Assembly: GCF_964355755.1 (NCBI RefSeq)
Contig: NC_092672.1
Coordinates: 38,260,437 to 38,324,436 of the forward strand
Direction of reading: 5' to 3'
Source of the DNA: Antedon mediterranea
Lineage: Eukaryota; Animalia; Echinodermata
DNA: 64,000 nt
Made by a program: the position numbers and the translations under genes
Shown: positions 61,701-64,000 of the stretch, piece by piece
Numbering within the stretch: the stretch's first letter is position 1
Layout of the letters: the number at the start of each line of letters is the position of its first letter
The notes under the pieces: model-generated
Database searches by the model: none
What the model was told of the DNA's origin: nothing
What the model saw: only the letters and a program-made list of their open reading frames with translations

Positions 61701-63335
61701 CAAATGGTTTATGTTTGTGTTCAATTTTGCTATGTATTGTGTGTATTGTATTGGACGCAATTCAATTTTGTACTGCATGTCTTTTTAAAATAAACCAGAA
61801 TAAATAAATAAACTATGATTCGATGATTAAATTAAAAAATTAATATTTTTCTTTTACCACTTGTTTGTTTTTTACAAACATTTTGAATACTTCAATACGT
61901 CAAGAATTCCATCGTTCATGAGAGTGGAGAACCTCTTGATTGTTATGTTTTTACACACACTGCCTCATATATTTACTTACTGTACTGTAATTTCAAATTA
62001 CAAAAATAAATGATGTGATACAATAATATGATAACAAATAAGCAATCACAATCAAGAACTTGAAAGCTAATTCTCTTTTACACAGATTCAATTTACAAAC
62101 AGAAGTACGAGAGATTAAGACGAGAAATGGAGATGATGAAAAAGCGATTACAACATGAACTTGAAGAAGAATCAGAAAAACAACATTCCATTAAAAAATC
62201 ACTTGAAAAACAGGTAAATTAATGTTGCTAGCTAACTATGTTATCTTCCTATCAGCAAATTGTACTTAACCCATTCCTGATAATGGAGTTATCGCTTGAT
62301 GGTTAAGATGGTTGGCTACCATTCCTAGGGTTCCTGGTTCACATCCTGTCGAATGTCTTATCTCATGATGAAACAATTTCTCTCCAAAGGACTAGCTGTA
62401 AAGCTTTGTTAATGTAGAGCATCTTGTGTATATGTTTGTCTTGTAAACATGATTGCCACCTTTAAGAAGGATAGTCAGAAAATGCGATATTACATACTTG
62501 AGTAGGCTAAGTTTAGTACAGTATTTTCCAGAATAAAAACTAAAAACTGCAAAAAAAAGGAATTACTAGTACTAGTGTTTTACAGTTAATAGAAGCAAAT
62601 GGTGATATTGATGATTGGAAGAAGCAGGTGCAAACACTAAAGAAGAAGAATCAGAAGCAAGTACGAGAGGCACAAGACTTACATCTTCACTTGGAGAGTC
62701 AGCAAGCAAGAAACAATGAACTCGAGAAAAAACAAAGAAAGTAGGTGTTTCATTCAGTAGCTCAATGGTTATTCATACCAGTTTTTAGATCAGAGTTGAA
62801 TTGAGTGAGTGGCGTAACGGCTATGAGCGCTCACTAGCTAAACCCCAGAGCTTATGGGGCCCATGAGCAGTGCCTAGAGGAAAAAACAGGCATTAAAATA
62901 AACGCACGATGCCTCCAGCATTTGAACTTGGAGGGCCACTTAGGTTTCCTAAACCAGGGGTCTCAGGCCTCTGCGTTACGCCACTGAATTGAGTAAGTGG
63001 GGTTGTAGCTTGGTGGTTAAGATGTTGCAACATGTTCTATACATAAAACTACCTTTTAAACATTCATTAATGATAATATATAGAAAAAAACTGCAGTACA
63101 AGTCCGTTATCATGCGTGTATAACTTTTTTAATGAAACTGTAAATGGCTAATATATTTGCTGCCAAATTTTATTTATTTTATTCATTAAATTCACCCTTG
63201 TGTTAATATAGGTTTGATAACGAAATGCACAAAGTACACGCAGATGCACATAAAGAAAGGACTCAACGAGAAAGATTGCAGCGTGAAAGAGATATTTTAC
63301 AATCAGAAAATTATCATGTTAAGCAGGAACTTGAG
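28758..63335 (+). CDS. MYO18A: Unconventional myosin-XVIII (KE-rich + PDZ + motor + IQ + coiled coil), 3' incomplete
   Basis: Exons 28758-29753 (KE-rich, [18 protein letters not shown]), 42637-42825, 43047-43223, 44668-44878 ([13 protein letters not shown]), 45344-45486, 45794-45894, 47238-47292, 51125-51269, 51677-51950, 52351-52543 (DSCGFQ), 52856-52933, 53088-53226, 53622-53781, 54130-54313, 54582-54783, 55000-55097, 56065-56130, 59729-59857, 60733-60876 (WPWWRL), 60979-61068, 61210-61329, 61515-61635, 62086-62213, 62586-62740, 63212-63335; continues beyond the window. Confidence 0.95.
30699..30857. repeat. 17-bp minisatellite x~9 within a MITE-like remnant
   Basis: Unit TGTCCCCTGAACAGGAT. 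Confidence 0.95.
33433..34031. mobile_element. MITE with CCCCTTTCACACCAA TIRs
   Basis: TA|CCCCTTTCACACCAA...TTGGTGTGAAAGGGG|TA; internal CTCCGGAG and GGTGTGAAAGG repeats. Confidence 0.85.
35398..35809. mobile_element. TIR element with 6-bp TSD and internal 83-bp tandem repeat x3.3
   Basis: CGTACT|CAGGCCTTGTCTTTT...AAAAGACAAGGCCTG|CGTACT; units start 35504, 35587, 35670, 35753. Confidence 0.9.
36272..37114. mobile_element. pogo/Tigger-like MITE
   Basis: TA|CCGTATATTTCGGTGTATAAGTCGCAC...GTGCGACTTATACACCGAAATATACGG|TA. Confidence 0.9.
38005..38078. repeat. 36-bp tandem duplication (12-bp subunits)
   Basis: CCTACCGGATGACCTACTGAATGTCCTACTGAATGT x2. Confidence 0.85.
38158..38232 (+). CDS. Candidate alternative first coding exon of MYO18A (PDZ-less isoform)
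   Basis: ATG GAG (G at +4), 25 codons [25 protein letters not shown], donor TTG|GTAGGT in phase 0 compatible with exon 42637. Confidence 0.45.
38850..39062. repeat. Degenerate 15-19-bp CA-rich minisatellite
   Basis: Units like AATCGACCTCACACAC(AC)T x~12. Confidence 0.85.
39623..39767. mobile_element. Short hAT-like MITE, 5-bp TSD
   Basis: ATTCT|CAAGGGCAGATCCA...TGGATCCGCCAATG|ATTCT (degenerate CAGGGGCGGATCCAG-type ends). Confidence 0.65.
41560..41763. repeat. ~108-bp tandem duplication
   Basis: TAACTTGCATTAAAACATTAAGACTTTCACC... at 41560 and 41668. Confidence 0.85.
44158..44278. mobile_element. MITE family A
   Basis: AGCTCTGTTTACACTATCAAACT...AGTTTGATAGTGTAGACAGAGCT; TAA/TTA flanks. Confidence 0.85.
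45965..46111. mobile_element. MITE family A
   Basis: Degenerate left TIR, intact right TIR AGTTTGATAGTGTAGACAGAGCT. Confidence 0.8.
46115..47126. mobile_element. Kolobok-like non-autonomous element (TTAA TSD)
   Basis: TTAA|AAGAAAGGAACACCCT...AGGGTGTTCCTTTCCT|TTAA; CpG-rich; inserted at the TTAA formed by the end of the adjacent MITE. Confidence 0.75.
47346..50536. repeat. 56-bp satellite array, ~57 copies, with higher-order repeats
   Basis: Unit GCCAACAGCCCTTCCCCATGCAATGAACAAG(GGCC/GGGA/TGCC)AATAAATGTATTAACACTACT; higher-order periods 391 bp (7-mer) and 952 bp (17-mer). Confidence 0.98.
51305..51572 (+). mobile_element. SINE (same family as 62283-62480)
   Basis: Shared core TGTAGAGCATCTTGTGTATA.GTTTGTCTTGT...CACCTTTAAGAAGGATAGT; (ACAA)n tail. 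Confidence 0.65.
52046..52170. mobile_element. MITE family A
   Basis: TAA|AGATCTGTCTACACTATCAAACT...GTGTAGACAGAGCT|TAA. Confidence 0.85.
52561..52701. mobile_element. MITE family A
   Basis: TAA|AGCTCTGTTTACACTGTCAAACT...TAGATAGAGCT|TAA, 17 nt after a splice donor. Confidence 0.85.
54807..54876. mobile_element. MITE family A, truncated
   Basis: AGCTACACTACACTATCAAACT plus ATATGGACAT/CACTACCATA core. Confidence 0.55.
55395..55955. repeat. 12-bp minisatellite (TTTGGTTTGAAG)n, ~46 copies
   Basis: Direct reading; occasional 11-bp units shift frame and explain the KFGL/FEVW ORFs. Confidence 0.98.
58596..59110. repeat. ~122-bp tandem repeat x~4
   Basis: ATTTCTGGATTT recurs at 58596, 58721, 58843, 58965, 59097. 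Confidence 0.92.
62283..62480 (+). mobile_element. tRNA-derived SINE
   Basis: Head with degenerate A box (GCTTGATGGTTAAG) and B box (GGTTCACATCC); core shared with 51440-51515. Confidence 0.65.
62807..62986. mobile_element. hAT MITE, 8-bp TSD
   Basis: AATTGAGT|GAGTGGCGTAACG...CGTTACGCCACTG|AATTGAGT. Confidence 0.88.
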
Positions 63336-63427
63336 GTTAGTTAGCAAGAAGCTTTGAGGATTATATTCCAAGACCTTGAATTAAGTATACAATTTTAATG
63401 GAATGCATTTGTTGATAATGCATATAG

Positions 63428-64000
63428 ATCAAATCAAATCAAAATAAAATAAACATTTATTTCCTTCAATTGCAGAAAAGATAGAAACATAATCTATAAC
63501 AACAATGAAACGTAATAAAAACTATGATGTTATTACATAATGATGTATCTTATGAAAATAGAATTATAATATTAAGGTTTAAAAAAAGGACAAATGACAA
63601 GAAAATGTCGTTCCGGCCCACTGTCATTTTTTTGTACACATTTATTGTCGCAGTATGTTTTGGTTCTTGAATGTAAACACCAAGTTGATTCAAGTTATGT
63701 TTTTTTTGTTTGTTTTTTTTATTTATGATTCTGTACATTTTCAGCCAGAATTGCCCATATAATATAATAATGTAGTTGGTTACTGTTGTTGTAGCCGTCT
63801 TCTTCTGAAGACACATGGCCGTCATTGACGAATACTTAGTATCAGTTGACTTCGCTGCTGGTGTACTCCAGATCTACGTTTATACCATGCTATACACTTT
63901 TATATATTTATATAACATTGAGAATAAGAGCTACATTACTTGGTACAGATTCCACAACATATGAATTAATTCTTCTCTACATAATTATAATGTGTAGTAA
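63428..64000 (-). mobile_element. Possible LINE 3' end (reverse orientation)
   Basis: (ATCAA)3-AATAA tail followed by TTTATT, typical of an antisense L2-like 3' end; no convincing ORF. Confidence 0.3.

Overview
AT-rich, intron-rich animal genomic DNA, most likely a marine invertebrate (echinoderm-like; inference only). Four spliced genes were reconstructed by hand from GT-AG junctions: RPLP0 (+, CDS 1550-12893, 8 coding exons); two tandem GH2 beta-glucuronidase-like paralogs on the minus strand (13353-18716 and 19538-28151); and a PDZ-containing myosin-XVIII (MYO18A-like, +, from 28758, running off the window). RPLP0 introns host two U22/SNORD22-like C/D snoRNAs, one well-formed H/ACA snoRNA and a possible H/ACA whose 3' half is tandemly amplified. 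The second GUSB paralog has a ~1.95-kb, frame-compatible duplication of exons 6-10. One breakpoint lies inside the target-site duplication (TSD) of an RTE retrotransposon, and this paralog also has active-site substitutions. Introns are full of non-autonomous DNA transposons, satellites grown inside them, and short motifs that look like excision scars (TACWGTA, TAGGCCTA and 25/34-bp P-element-like footprints). I found no clear-cut new multi-gene system; the best leads are the snoRNA cluster, the GUSB2 rearrangement and the footprint motifs. All coordinates and counts were read by eye and no database searches were run.
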